Assembly (NCBI GenBank): GCA_047495785.1
Contig: JBLDXI010000009.1
Location: forward strand, 124,001-188,000
Reading direction: 5' to 3'
Source of the DNA: Lepidodermella squamata
Taxonomy: Eukaryota > Animalia > Gastrotricha
Length of the DNA: 64,000 nt
How positions within the stretch are numbered: the first letter of the stretch is position 1; the number at the start of each line of letters is the position of its first letter. Made by a program: the position numbers and the translations under genes. Positions 39,562-52,250 of the stretch are shown in pieces. The notes under the pieces were generated by a model, which searched no databases, had not been told where the DNA came from, and saw only the letters and a list, made by a program, of their open reading frames with translations.

Positions 39562-42500
39562 ATGCACAATACAGCCGGGTGTCAAGTTCCATTTCTGGTG
39601 TCTTTTATACCAGAGGCGACGTACTTTTTCTACAAAATAGCGCTGTCGGTGTTGGAACCGACCGTACGCCTGCTCATCTACCGCGGCGTGTGTATCGACG
39701 TCGCGACAGCCTACCTCAACCAGAACAACACAATCGACAATATCACTGACACGTCGCCGTGTCGCGCCACACTGGCGCCGTACCCCGACCTTGAGGACCG
39801 GGTGCAGAGCGAGGCCGCCGACTATATGATCATATCGAAAATTCTCATGAACGTCCCCGCAATTATACTGGGATTTTTCTGTGGTGGTTGGTCAGATATT
39901 GTTGGTCGGCGGCTTCCAATGTTCCTGACGTGTGCCGGCAGTTGCCTGGCAGTCATCTTCTACATGCTGAGCTTGGTATGTTACGCAATTTCTGATTTAT
40001 TTGACAAGATTTCTTGTTAGAAATGAAGGTTTAAGGGTGCAAATAATACATTGTCAGTTGGCGATGCTTTTTCATTAATTCACATTCCTCGAGAAGATTG
40101 GGAGAATTAGGCTGAAATATTGAAATGAGTACATAGTAGAGTATATTGAAGACATTGTAAATTGGGTGTCCTTTCGGTGTCAAGAGGCATGGTACATATT
40201 AACCACTAATGGGAAATGATTGCTTTGCGTGACATCATGTAGCCATGCGAGAAAATCACTGTGAGTCCTGGAAAGGTCGCTGCGTATTCGCTACGCCAGC
40301 AATCATTTTTTATCGGACTAAATTCGCAATTAATTAGCCTCATTCCAAAAGAAATCGGGCCGCTGAAATGTGAATTGCAAGTTGAAATTTGACATTGAAA
40401 CGAAAAGTTTTACTTCACTACTCTGCAAGTGCACGTCCGAACCCTTTCGGGTTTTGACGAAAGTAACGAAAAAGCAAACCGAAACATGCAGCCATCCGCC
40501 CCCACAACGGAGAATATTTTGGGTTTGTTTTAAAATTCAAAGTATGCCAAAGAAAGATAGGACTTTTTCGCCATTCGCATAGATTTATAGCATTTTTGCT
40601 CCGGTAAATTATACAAGGCTGCAAAATATTGATAGCTTTTTCCAAGCTGGCAAGAAAACAGTTTCTAATAATAAGTAACCCGTTGCCTTGCCATAGTCTT
40701 CAATTTTCTGGATTCAAGAATCCATCATGAGGAAACTGTCTTCGAAATTAGGGTAGGGACTTGAATATGTCAATTTCCCACTATCGATCACAGCCGAAAA
40801 TCGATTACCTAGCATGTGACTCCTAAAAGCAATAGATGTATGTATGTATGTATGTATTTTATTCACTTTCCTTCACATTTTACATTTACAACATTTTTTA
40901 ATAATTTTTTTACAAAAATTGAATTTATAAACAGAACACAATACTACATATGATCATGGGTAGAAATAGAGTTGATTAATTTTTTTTTTTTTACAAAGTT
41001 TTTATTTTTATTACAAAACACAATCATATACAAGATAGGTGAAGGAAAGATGAGGTTGCAAAGGGCAAGTCGCCTTGCCACTAAAATGAACCTCTGAAAC
41101 GTTACTCTATAACGTTACTCTTTCTCATACTTTGATTTACCTTTGTCTTTGTAGCTTGTTGGCGGCGCAGCTATTCCATTTGTCTTGGTGGCAACTTTCG
41201 TTCATAGCGTGTTCGGTCGCAACTCCGTGATCACCATGGCTGTGCATTCAAGCGTTACCGATCTGACGACGAAAGAGGAGCGCACAAAGAGGCTCGGACG
41301 ACTGCTCGCGATGAACTTTCTCGGGCAGTTCTGCGGTTCTTTACTGCTCGGAATCTTGCTAGACCGCGTGCGCTTCATAGTCATACTCGTCGTCGTCTTT
41401 GTGCTGTTCGCGCTGTGCTGCCTGTTCATCGCCATTTTCCTGCCCGAGACCGTGCCAACAGCATCGCCCCTCCTATCCAACCCCGTGCAGTTGGCCGAGT
41501 CGTCGAAGGAGTTGTGCCAGATACACCACATCCGCGACTCGGTGAACGTGGTCACGAAGCCGCGCGTCAACCAGCTACGCCTCTACCTTATTATCTGCCT
41601 CATCTGCCTCTGTGTAAATCAAACGTGCAAAGCCGGCGAGGTCGACGTGACGATGTTGTTCGTGCGCCACCGGCCGCTCGAGTGGGAAAAGTCCGAGTAC
41701 GGCTACCTGCTCGCTGTCAACTTCGCCGCCATCGGCCTATGCCTGCTCTTCGTTCTTCCATTGCTTAGCGGCCGGCTGGCTATTCGCGACACGACCATCA
41801 TCATCGGAGTGGTTTGCTTCAAGATCGTTCGCCTCGTTATCATGGCCTTTGCGCGGCAGTCGTGGCTCGTGTACGTTTCGACGCTGCTCGACTCTCCCAT
41901 CGGCATGGTGATATCATGCCTCAAGTCCATTATCAGTAAGATCACTGACGAGTCGGAGACGGGTAAAGCTTTCGCCATCCAAGCATCAATCGAAACAGCT
42001 TCGGGCATGTTCGGCGCCATGCTGTTCAACAGCATCTACGATCTTTCATTCCGCTCTTTCTTGGGCACTACATTCCTCGTCGAGGCTGCCATCTACGTTG
42101 GCCTTCTCGCCATCGCTGTTTGGATGTGGAAAACACTTGATTCACAGTGCAAGGTAAGGATTGAGCCAAGCCAAATTTCAATCACATGCTTTTATCACGT
42201 CAAACTTGACCTTTCGAAATTTTCAGCCTTTATTAAGAGAGAATAATAAGGTTTGTGTTTGCAGTTGTTGAGCGTCTTTCGCGGACTTGGGACATTTCTC
42301 AGCTCACTCACTGTTTTAATCACGATGAGATTGCAATTTAAATTTTAAAGTCCAAAACTTATGTCAATTGAAAAATTCTGTCATTTGTATACACGCTGCA
42401 GTGTAATTTCACTATACAGTCTCCACGGAATTCACCAATGAAATCCGTGTCCGAAGTACTAAACAGATGAAATTTGGGCGATAGAAGGCGTATAAACCGG

Positions 42501-43087
42501 ATGTGAAATGTCGCTTATTTTACACTATGCATCAGGATGTGTGGCTTACATCAATGTGAAATTCAGTGAGAATCAAGAAGACCGAACAGCTGTTAAGCGT
42601 TTCCCTTGTTTTTTTTAATTAGAACGAGTATGGCCAATTCAACGTTGATAGCGAGGAAGGCGCCACGTTGCGCACCCCTGACGATGGCGCTACTGCCGAT
42701 GAAACACTGGCTGTCAACAACCCGTTAGGCGGCTTGAAAGGCGGCGCCACCCGACATGACTACGGCGGCACAGCGGCGCAGACGCATTGGGGCGCCGAAT
42801 ACCAGGCGCAGGCGCCAAGTGCCAACGAAGTAGCCAGTTGGGTCGAGCAATCGCAGCCGCCGCCACCTTCGCAAAATCCGCACAATCCATTCTTGAACAT
42901 TTCGGAACCCGTCGCACCCATCAGCGCACCTCCATCGGCGCCAACGCGAGCAGGAGTAGCTGCTGCAAGCCGCGTACAAGAGGCGCCTCTTGCGTCGATA
43001 GCCCGGCCGCGGCCGACGGCGTCACGGCGCCAGGCCGATGACGCGACTGGGGGCGACCAAATCGGTGCTTTGTCACAATTCCGCTGA
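39562..43087 (+). CDS. SLC46/PCFT-like MFS transporter
   Basis: Exons 39562-39975, 41155-42153, 42623-43087; luminal Cys pair, VQSEAA, GGWSDIVGRR, SVTDLTTKEERTKRLG, LKSIISKITDESETGKAFA. Confidence 0.85.
40836..41100 (-). mobile_element. Probable retroelement 3'-end remnants in the SLC46 intron
   Basis: (TACA)n tail next to AATAAA on the minus strand (~40837-40863) and a second poly-A tail (~40980-40992); no coding remnant recognised. Confidence 0.35.
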
Positions 43088-44022
43088 GTCATTTTACACG
43101 TTGTGATAAAATTATTGTTTGCGTCGTGGGGCTACTCAATTGCGACTTCACTGGGAAGCAACAAAACGGGCTGTAGTATTTCCTCAAACCATTGATTTTT
43201 CTCGCGGCAGTGATGTCTCCTCTGTCATATCGGTGTGGTTATGATGATGATTGGTCAGTGTGAATTCGCGATTCTCGTGCCGAAAACACAAAAATCACGA
43301 CGCCCTCTTAATTGAGCTTTTTTAGTGATAACTACCAAAGAATTTGTTTTCGTTTAGTCGTTTCACTATCGGCGAGATTGCTGTGTTAATACCCCCTAAT
43401 TATACTGTCAATAATTTCCGGATGGCCAAGGGCGCCATCATAAGCTTGTGAACGTGTTTGTTTCTTTTCAGAATAACCTGCATGTATGAAGAAGAAATGA
43501 AGCCTTTGTTTGATTGTGATGTTGTTGTCAACCCCGCTATAGATAGGGCCTATTCTGTTATTGATTACATATTCTACTGTCAAGTAACGGCGTCTTCGTT
43601 ATAATTTTGATAAAAAAGTTTGTAGGGATAACTCGCGACATGTATTCGTTCCCTTTTGAATTGTTTCCCATACAGGAATAAAATCGCCGTACATATCGTT
43701 GAAGCCATCCGAGTGGATGTTGATTAAAAGCTGGCATCTATTTTGCAATTATTGTCTAACTCTATATGAATAGCAATTATGATTTTCAATATTTTATTCA
43801 ACCAATTTGTTCGTCATTTAATCGTTGATATAGTTTTTAACGGATTCAATTGTTGCTTTGATCATTATTTATAACAAAAGTAAATTGAAATTAAACTGAT
43901 AATATTAAGAGAAATAATCATTCCGCTTTGAATTATTATGCAAAAAAATCAAGCCTTGAGAACGCAGGAGGTATCCCGATAATTATGAGCAACAAAAATC
44001 AGCGCGAGATGTCGCTCAGTCG

Positions 44023-46336
44023 TCACACGCATTTCGAAGACACGAGGAGACGTAGCAAATCTTCACTTGACGTATAGCGCGGCGTTTTGTACTGATTGCT
44101 GATCGCACCATTTCGCTCGAGCGTGAATTGCTTCATCTTCTCAAAGGTTCCACTCTCGACCACAAATATCTATAATGAATACGGTTATTGAATATTGAAA
44201 ACAAAATCATGCTAGAACCTTGGGACAATCTAGAGATCCCTTTGTACGAAAAGATTTGTATGGATAACTGATATCACCAAGAATTGCGTCGAAAAGCGCT
44301 ATTTCGTCCACGGTCAATTGTCTGGAAACTCCAAGCAGCTCCACGAACAGGACGTAAAACAAGCCCTGTGGTGCTGAAAAAATAATTAAAATTCGGTACA
44401 TCTTCTATAATCGCTACGGTTATCACGAATCCGAACTCACCGTTCAATTCTGCTCCATTGTCGACAGCTCGCGCCAAACTGGCTCCTTCCGAGGTCGTAA
44501 AATTCACGAGCCCGCCGCAGCCAGTGATGAGAGGCGATAGTTTGGACAGCGCAGTGAATATCATGTCTTCGGATGTTTTCTCCCCTCGCAAGTCAAGTAT
44601 ACTGCCAACTGAAAATAATTATTAAAAATGAGCATAGATGCTGAAATTTTGATGCTATACCACGTGAGCAGAATTGTATTACTGGCGTAACATCGTTCCG
44701 AAACGCCCTCACTTCGATCAGGTCACCCATGCGATATCTATAAAAGCCCATTGGTGATGTGATGACGAGTTCGTAACGTTTGCCCAATTTCAATTGCTCC
44801 AAAAACAGCGTAGGCGGCTGTGATGAACCGATGTCTTCCTCGGCGATGAACTCCATGAAAGTCAACTGCGGCTGCAGAGTGTACAGCTGTTCGCCATCGC
44901 GCCTCGGCTCCATGTTCAAGCCGAAAATGCCTTCAGATGCACCGTAGAAAGCTGAGAAAAATCTGACATCTGACCCGGCGTACCAGCGTAAGCGTGGCAT
45001 GTGAACAGCGTGAGCTCCAGTAGTGCAGCACGAAATCAGGCTGACACGCGGCCAAAGCCGTTTTACAATGCCATCGAAACCAGCTTTGAATTCTCTTTCA
45101 ATAACATCGGCCCTGTCGCCGTCAGCCCAGATTAATCGCCGAGCAACGAAGTCATCAACCATATCACGCGGGATGTCGCTAGTTTCAGGAAGCTGTGTCA
45201 CCGTTCCGTTCCGAACATCTTGAACAAGCGACGGCCAGTTGCGTTGCAAGAAATCGAAGGCAAAAAGCATGGCGCCAGCAAATGAGCCATCGATGCGGCC
45301 GAGGTCAGGATCGAGCAGGGCGAAGAGCCAGTGCAGGTAGAGCTGCGACTGCTCACTCATGTAAACGTCACTGAGTGCGCTAGGCACAGTTCGATGGAGC
45401 ATTAGCAAACGGAACCGCTGCTTTTTCGTCATGCCACTAGCTGGGCCGATTGGAATATTCGTACGTTCGGTATAACGCCAGCGCGGTGTGAGAAGGAAAG
45501 AAGCTGCTTTGAGAGGCGCAAGAAATGGCTCGGTTCGAATGCAGTTCATTATGTACATGTACGGAAAGAAGAAGTACCTATGGTCAATAAAATTATCCTG
45601 AATCGTACTCTACATAATATTTTGAGCGAGAAATTACTTTATCATAAACATGTATCCAATGGTGGGCGACGGCAAAAGTTTGCATTTTCCTGTAATTGTC
45701 AGTTGAAATGAATTTTTTCATTTTAATTTGAATTGTTTAAAACGAACCCGTTGTTCCGGAAGAAACGTTGAACTTCTCTACCTTATCCTTCGTAAGTAGG
45801 TTCTGTTCACCTTCCACAAGCCTATCCACATATGGCCGATAATCCTCGTACGTAGTCAAAGGCAGCATATTTCGGTATTCTTCGCGATCTTTCACCTTAC
45901 CGAAACCGTATTTCTTCCCGAATTCCGTGCCAGCGTTATGACGCAAAAGTCGGAGTAGTAGCGAATCTTGATATTGACGCGGTTTTTTCGCCGCTCGGTT
46001 GGCGAGCATCCAGCCGTAGTGACCACACCAGAACAGGCTAAATAAGGCGGTGTAATGCGAAAAGGCTGTTAACATTGAGTGATGCCTTGAAATTGGTACA
46101 AGTGCCAGTACGAAGCAGCTGATCGAGCTGAAGAAAACTGGGAAGGAAGCGCAGGCCATCAGGCAGTAAAGAGTCACAAGAGCGATGGCACTGGGCGTTT
46201 GCTCGAACACGCCAAATCCTGACTGATAAGCGTGCCAAAAGGCGCGCAATGAAGCTGAGGCCAGGGTCAAGCCAACTATTAAAAGTATCACCCCAACTGC
46301 TGTGAATGGAACAGTCAATCGATTGGTACAAATCAT
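44023..46336 (-). CDS. GH3-domain protein (GHDC-like adenylate-forming family) with N-terminal hydrophobic segments
   Basis: LLRHNAGTEFGKKY, PLTTYEDYRPYV, SSGTTG|KCK, WPRV, FYGASEG, YELVITSPMGFYRYRMGD, GEKTSE, Y...R..G.L..P, QYKTPR; 2-3 hydrophobic stretches in the first ~110 aa. Confidence 0.9.
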
Positions 46337-46627
46337 TGCAAATATCTCTATTCAAGAGAAAAAGTATGTCTTTGTGCGCTTATGAAATGATCTTTAGTGT
46401 TCTGTTGTGAGCTCTTTCCTTCTCTCTCGCGATACTGGGTGATGCAACACGTTCAGCAAATTTCGCTATCGATGCCGGTTTCACTTTGAAGTCTGTTACA
46501 CAATTCACATGATATGCTTTATCTGGTAGCGTATGCTGAAACAATTTCTGTTTATTTATAGTCTTATAGTGATGATAACAGGTAAATGTACATGGGCGAA
46601 GGTTTATATAACTAAATAACAACACGA

Positions 46628-46952
46628 TCATTGTTCTTTCCCTAGGAAGATGGCGATTCGGTGTTTACAAATAGAATAGCCGTAATTCTTGATGCAGATG
46701 TCAAGCTGGCGACGTCTGTTCTCCTTACGAATCTCGCTGGTGAGTTTCATCAAACCGTCCAGGTCTTTACTGTCAATCAATGACCCAATCAAACTTCCTG
46801 AAAATTTATTAGGTATGCCTGTTAAACATAAATTTACGAAATAATCTGTGAAACTCACTAAGACTGGCTGCATCCTCGGTAGATTCACACAAACTGCCAG
46901 TAAACATCAGGCTGGCAATAAGTAATAGGATAGCTGCCAGCATGCTCACCAT
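46628..46952 (-). CDS. Small secreted two-Cys protein S1 (unassigned family)
   Basis: Signal peptide MVSMLAAILLLIASLMFTGSLC; phase-1 intron 46858-46798; exon 2 RSLIGSLIDSKDLDGLMKLTSEIRKENRRRQLDICIKNYGYSICKH...; AATAAA downstream at ~46551. Confidence 0.65.
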
Positions 46953-49353
46953 TTAAATTTTATAATCGCTACTACGAAGAAATGAAAAAGGCTGTAAAAT
47001 ACATACAACATAAATTCCGCTTGTAGACCAAATTAGATTATGAAATCGGAAACAATGTTATTTTAGGGGAAAATGTATTAATAAAAGCAACGCTTTATCG
47101 ACGAATGAGGGAGTGAAGTAGAGGCAAACGTTAAGTGAGCCCTATAATTCCTCACTAATGCAAAAAACGGTGGCTATCTCCCAGAGCACCCAAAGCGGCG
47201 ACGCCCACTCTTCGATGCGCGTGGTTGATTGCTCATCGTCTCGTGCAATGAATTTCGTCAATAATTCTACTATTGTTCAGTTTTTATCAGTTTCGGGAAA
47301 AATCTTAAGAAACAACTCGAATTGAGGTTTTGATTAGTAGGAAATACGCAAGGTATTATTTTTAGAGTTGCGTATGCTAATTTTTGTAAATTGATGTTTC
47401 ACTTGGTGCTCGTAATGCGAGTTATAATGGGCGACCAGGTATGCGGATGAATCGCATTGTCGCTAACATCAACCCGCCGGATGTAGCGTGTGGGCGCGCC
47501 GCAGATTTTTAATTTTCGATACATCTTATGAATCGCGCTTTCGCAGGATATCGACTGGTTCGCATTTGATCGGGTCACTGGCCTAGAGCAGGTCATGCGC
47601 CCTAGGAAATCGCGAACTAAGTCACTATTTATTTCAACACATGGCTTGAGCTCGAATCCCGAAACTGCGCGGCGCCTACTATAAATTTACAATTTACGTC
47701 AAGTTTTTGTTGTTTATAGTCGGCAGGTTCCTTTAGATGTATGAATGTACATTTTTAATTAAACATATATATGTTAGAGAAGAGAGAATTTGATGATCAC
47801 GATACGCGTGGGTGGTAGTAAATGAAGCCACATCGATACAAGTACGCTCCTAGATACATGCGTTAATATCCAATTAGTTCAGTTTAAGTTTACGTCACAA
47901 TCAAGGTTCTCTGAAGGGGGAGAGAGAGAGATAGAGACCGGAGCAATATATTTTTGGATTTTGCTTGTAATATAATCGTTGAAAGTAAATTGTTGGTTAC
48001 ACAGGAATAATGTTTTGAGCCGATAAAATGAGCGAAAGATGCGGAATGATGCGAAAGATGCAAAAAGATATATGTACCAATAGTGAAGGTCCTCGTACAA
48101 ACTCGTATCTTTGCGCACACAGCGCGCATGCACCCATCCGCTCATAAACTGATTTATTTTTCCCTCGTATGTTGTAATTTTTTTTTGCTCGGTTACGTCG
48201 TCAAAAAAAGCGATGGCGGCACGTTGAGACGAACCCTCTCTCCCAAACATCGCTAAGCCGTCAAGCTGAATGTATGAGTTATAAAGGCTTTAACAGAGGC
48301 AAAAAATGCCCTGATGCTTGCCCGCAATTAGGTCAAATATTATGACTTATATGCCCGCATTTGACCCAGAAAACACGAATGGCTTTAGCATCCAATTATC
48401 GGCCTCTTCAGAGTAATAAATAAATGTGAAAGCAACATTGTGCAGTTGCTATTATACTGGTTGAAAGCCAAATATGCCAACCATTTCCTTTAGGTAAAAT
48501 CGCTGACTAATAGCTAATAGCTAGATCGGTGTTTTGCTCTTTGCAGTCGTATTTCTATGAACAGCCTTTGTGATGGAGCGTCTGCGCTGACTGTTGAATT
48601 GCGGAGAGCCTTATAATTGCTGGTTCTTTTTAATCAAAATTACATTTACATGTAATGTGTGGTTCGTCAATAAAATCCGAAAAATGAAATTACCAACCAA
48701 GCGATAATGAAACATTTCATTATTATTCTCTCGAATTTGAACCTCTTTTTGAGTTCGTTTATTATTTGCATTGCGTTTCTGTGAAATGTCCACTGATTTC
48801 TTATCGGGTAAATAAAGGACCTTCATTCTACAATATACAGATTTTTGTGAGTAATCTTCACAAAAACAGTAGTAATTGTCCAAAGGCCTCATCATCAGCC
48901 TCATCTTAACCAGATGGAACGACAGCCGAGATACAAACGGCAGGTGTGGCACTGTCACTGCATTGCCATAAGAGAAGACATATTAGCGGCTGTGCCATTG
49001 GCTATACTGTTAATAAATACTGCAAAAAAAGAGTCACAGGTGTACGCGTCTCCTAGGCTGTAATTTCGAAAGTTTCGATTCTAGGTTGGATTGAGTGGTT
49101 GGAAAAGTAAAAACCAGGTGATTTTCGATCGCTCGTTATTCTTGAACGATTAATCGCAATCAATCATTTCCGGCAGTTCGAGATAGCACTTGAAACGATG
49201 AACACACGGTCGCCCGTAAATCCACGTTTCTAGGCTCAGCGTCCTCCTCGGGTTTATCATCGTCTACACCTGATGCGGCTGTATCTTCCTCCGCGGTTCC
49301 AGGCCTGGCATGATCTTCGGCTTCATCTTCGCCTAAACCTGACGAGGTTGTTT

Positions 49354-49518
49354 CAGGTGTTTGCGAAAGCCGATCTGGTATTTTGACAGGAAGCTGTTCA
49401 GGTGAGGTTTTAGTTGTTCACCAAGGCAACGTTTGAAGAGTTTCAGGCAGCCAGGTAGGATCGAGATAGGACGGCAGTTGCTTGAAAAATGTTGCGACTT
49501 TTTCGAACTTAGCGGGTA
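49354..49518 (-). mobile_element. LINE reverse-transcriptase fragment
   Basis: Translates as YPLSSKKSQHFSSNCRPISILPGCLKLFKRCLGEQLKPHLNSFLSKYQIGFRKH, matching the non-LTR RT N-terminal pattern (NYRPISIL..SKLFE...Q.GFR). Confidence 0.8.
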
Positions 49519-49646
49519 TCTTTTTTCAAAATAATATTAATGCATTTCAACAATTTATATCAACGTAAATAATAATTATTTTTGGAGAAAAAAATTGCTG
49601 TTGCCATGGCTTCGCCTCTAAAAACGAAGCCGTACTCTTCAGGCTT

Positions 49647-50232
49647 CAAGCTGAAAACCCCAGGAGAATTATCGGTGACAGGCCTAACTCTCAACCCAAG
49701 CCCTGTTAAATCACCAGATTTGGTGTCAGCATCTAACATCCATCCATCCATCCATCCATCCTAGTTCTGTTAATGTGAACCTTAGAAGCGCAATCGGCTG
49801 GTTTCGCTTCTCACCGTTTATATCTTGAGGTATTTGGCTGACATAATGCCACTTTCGATTAAAAGCTTCAGTCGCGGAAACGCCTGTAGCCACCGCGTAG
49901 GCGTGGTTGGCCATACTCCTATATCTGTAGGAATGCTCAGAGGAACCAACAATCGTTTGTCCTAGTCGTCCCCAGTCAGAGCCAGTTATGCTCGTTCAAA
50001 AGAAGGGCTGTGCAGTCAGCACATTTCTCCTGGATGCTAGTCGGACTAGTCTTCAACTTTATGAAGCCTGCTGGCTTAGTCAGTACCCTACCATACTACA
50101 CCATCATCCATATCACACCAAATAAGATATAATGGTTACATCTGAAAGGTATTTAATGTCGTAAACAACCCACAATGAATGAATGAATGAATCTATCTCA
50201 CTCAATCTAACAAGCTGAAAACCCCAGGAGAA
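49647..50232 (+). repeat. Two copies of a 22-bp motif with neighbouring microsatellites (probable SINE/LINE remnants)
   Basis: CAAGCTGAAAACCCCAGGAGAA at 49647-49668 and 50211-50232; (CATC)n at ~49737-49761; (GAAT)n at ~50174-50192. Confidence 0.6.
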
Positions 50233-50740
50233 CGGTCAACCCTGAAATCTCATTTTCACAACTATTGTCTCAGGATTTGCAAATTGCCTTCGACAGTGTG
50301 GCTTTGCTCTGCCCAATGATTTAATTTTAATTTGGTCCGTTGGGGATCTGAGGTTCTCCTGGTCTCAAGGTATGAGGCAGGCAGGCTGAACCCCTTCGCT
50401 GGGATAATGGCAGCCTCTTTACCTACGGATAGCACTACGCAAGGCCGTACTTTTCTCATTCGTCCAACAAAGCCACTTACCTGCGACAAATCGTCGTCGA
50501 GCAGGTGCCCGAGTGTAACAAATTTGTAACTATTAATTTTGCATCTAACACCGATATCAGCGTCGAAATCTCGCAGTGAGAAATCCGAACCAGTCCACGA
50601 GCTATGGACGGGCGAAGTCAGTACCGAGGCACTGAACTCATCTTATTACGCTTCTTATGATCATATTCTCCTTATTGACCTATATCGTGTATTTGCTTAT
50701 AGAATAATTTATACGTTCATTCGGTTTTCATTTTCGGAAA

Positions 50741-52250
50741 ATGGCTGATCGTGAAACACTTTGCTACCGGGCTAAGTTGGCCGAACAAGCTGAGCGTTAT
50801 CAAGGCAAAGCAAATTTTATAACTTGTATAATTTATAGCCATGTGTTATTTCAGACATGGTCGATGCCATTCGAAGTGTTGCATCTCTTGACGTTGAGCT
50901 CACCGTCGAGGAGCGAAATTTGCTGAGCGTCGCATACAAAAATCTGATCGGCAGAAATCGGAATGCATGGAGGACTTTAACCAGTATTTCGAAAGACGAA
51001 AATCCACATCACGAAAGACTTTTAACGGAATACATTGACCAGGTATTCGGATTTATTATTTGCATTCATATTGAACACGCAAGATTATTCGACTAGGTAG
51101 CTGACGGGTATTTTGTGTCACTTTATAAAAAAACCAACAACTAAAATCTCCGTGATGTAACACAGAAGAAAGCTTTCGAATTGAAAAAGCTTACATTCTA
51201 AAATATTAACCCAATGATCAATTAGCAATTTGTGAACTCATACTTGACTCAAAATCGTTCAAAAATGTGTAAAATCGCCAAAATAGGAACGTACCTGAAT
51301 TGAAATCCTGAGTACGTTACATATAAGACGATAGTTATAAGACTATGATTACAAGCTTGTTTCTGTTGTCAGGTTGAGAAAGAATTGAAATCAGCATGCA
51401 AAGATGTTATCAATCTTTGCGACAATCACCTTCTACCAGGTACTGATATCAGCTAAATTGACACATAATGGTTTAATTAATTATATTTTATAGCCGCAAC
51501 AACTGCCGAGGCAAAAGTCTTTTTCTTCAAAATGAAAGGGGACTACTTCCGTTACGGTAACTATTGATATCACTATTGAAATATCCGATCTTACGTTCAA
51601 GCACATCAAGTTGCGGAGATTTCTTCAGGCAGCGAGAAGCATGATACTGCTGAACAGAGGTATTCTTGGATAGGACCTTCTTAATATTAAAATTTAATCC
51701 GGACTCTGCTTACTCAGTTTGTTAGCGTACAAGACTGGTGAGCATTTTCTTTAGAACACTGTACTTTAAAAACACAACTAAATAATCAAGCTAGCGATTT
51801 GGCGACCAGTGAGCTGGCTCCTACCCACCCAATAAGGTATCTAGACTAAATAATATGCATCACACAGGTATTCATTTTGATTTTGATTGGAAGACTTGGA
51901 CTGGCGTTGAATTTCTCGGTATTTTACTATGAGATATTGGCTTCTCCCGAGAGAGCATGTCGTCTTGCACGAGCGGCGTTTGATGACGCAATCGGTAAAT
52001 GCTTATTCACGCATTTTCACGCTATAATCTAAACCAATTATTCTCAATACAATTATAGCTGGATTGGACAGTCTCTCAGAGGAAGAAAACTACAAGGATG
52101 CTACGCTTATCATGCAGCTTTTACGAGACAATCTCACCTTATGGAGTACGGACATCGATGACAGTGAGTTAATTTACTCAAGATTCCATCTGAATATGAC
52201 GCGAATTTTTTGCAGAAGACGTAAAAGAAGACCTGCAAGATGTTGAATAA
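50741..52250 (+). CDS. YWHAE: 14-3-3 protein, epsilon-like, divergent
   Basis: [75 protein letters not shown]-terminal EDLQDVE; 10 exons, first intron GC-AG (50805-50854). Confidence 0.9.

Noticed and set aside
47553-47623. Imperfect ~70-nt hairpin as a pre-miRNA
   Set aside because: Several mismatches and bulges, no recognised mature miRNA; more likely a decayed palindromic repeat.
49600-49895. Hammerhead-ribozyme-like CTGAAG...CGAAA motifs on the minus strand
   Set aside because: The CUGANGA/GAAA/UH core and stems cannot be completed.
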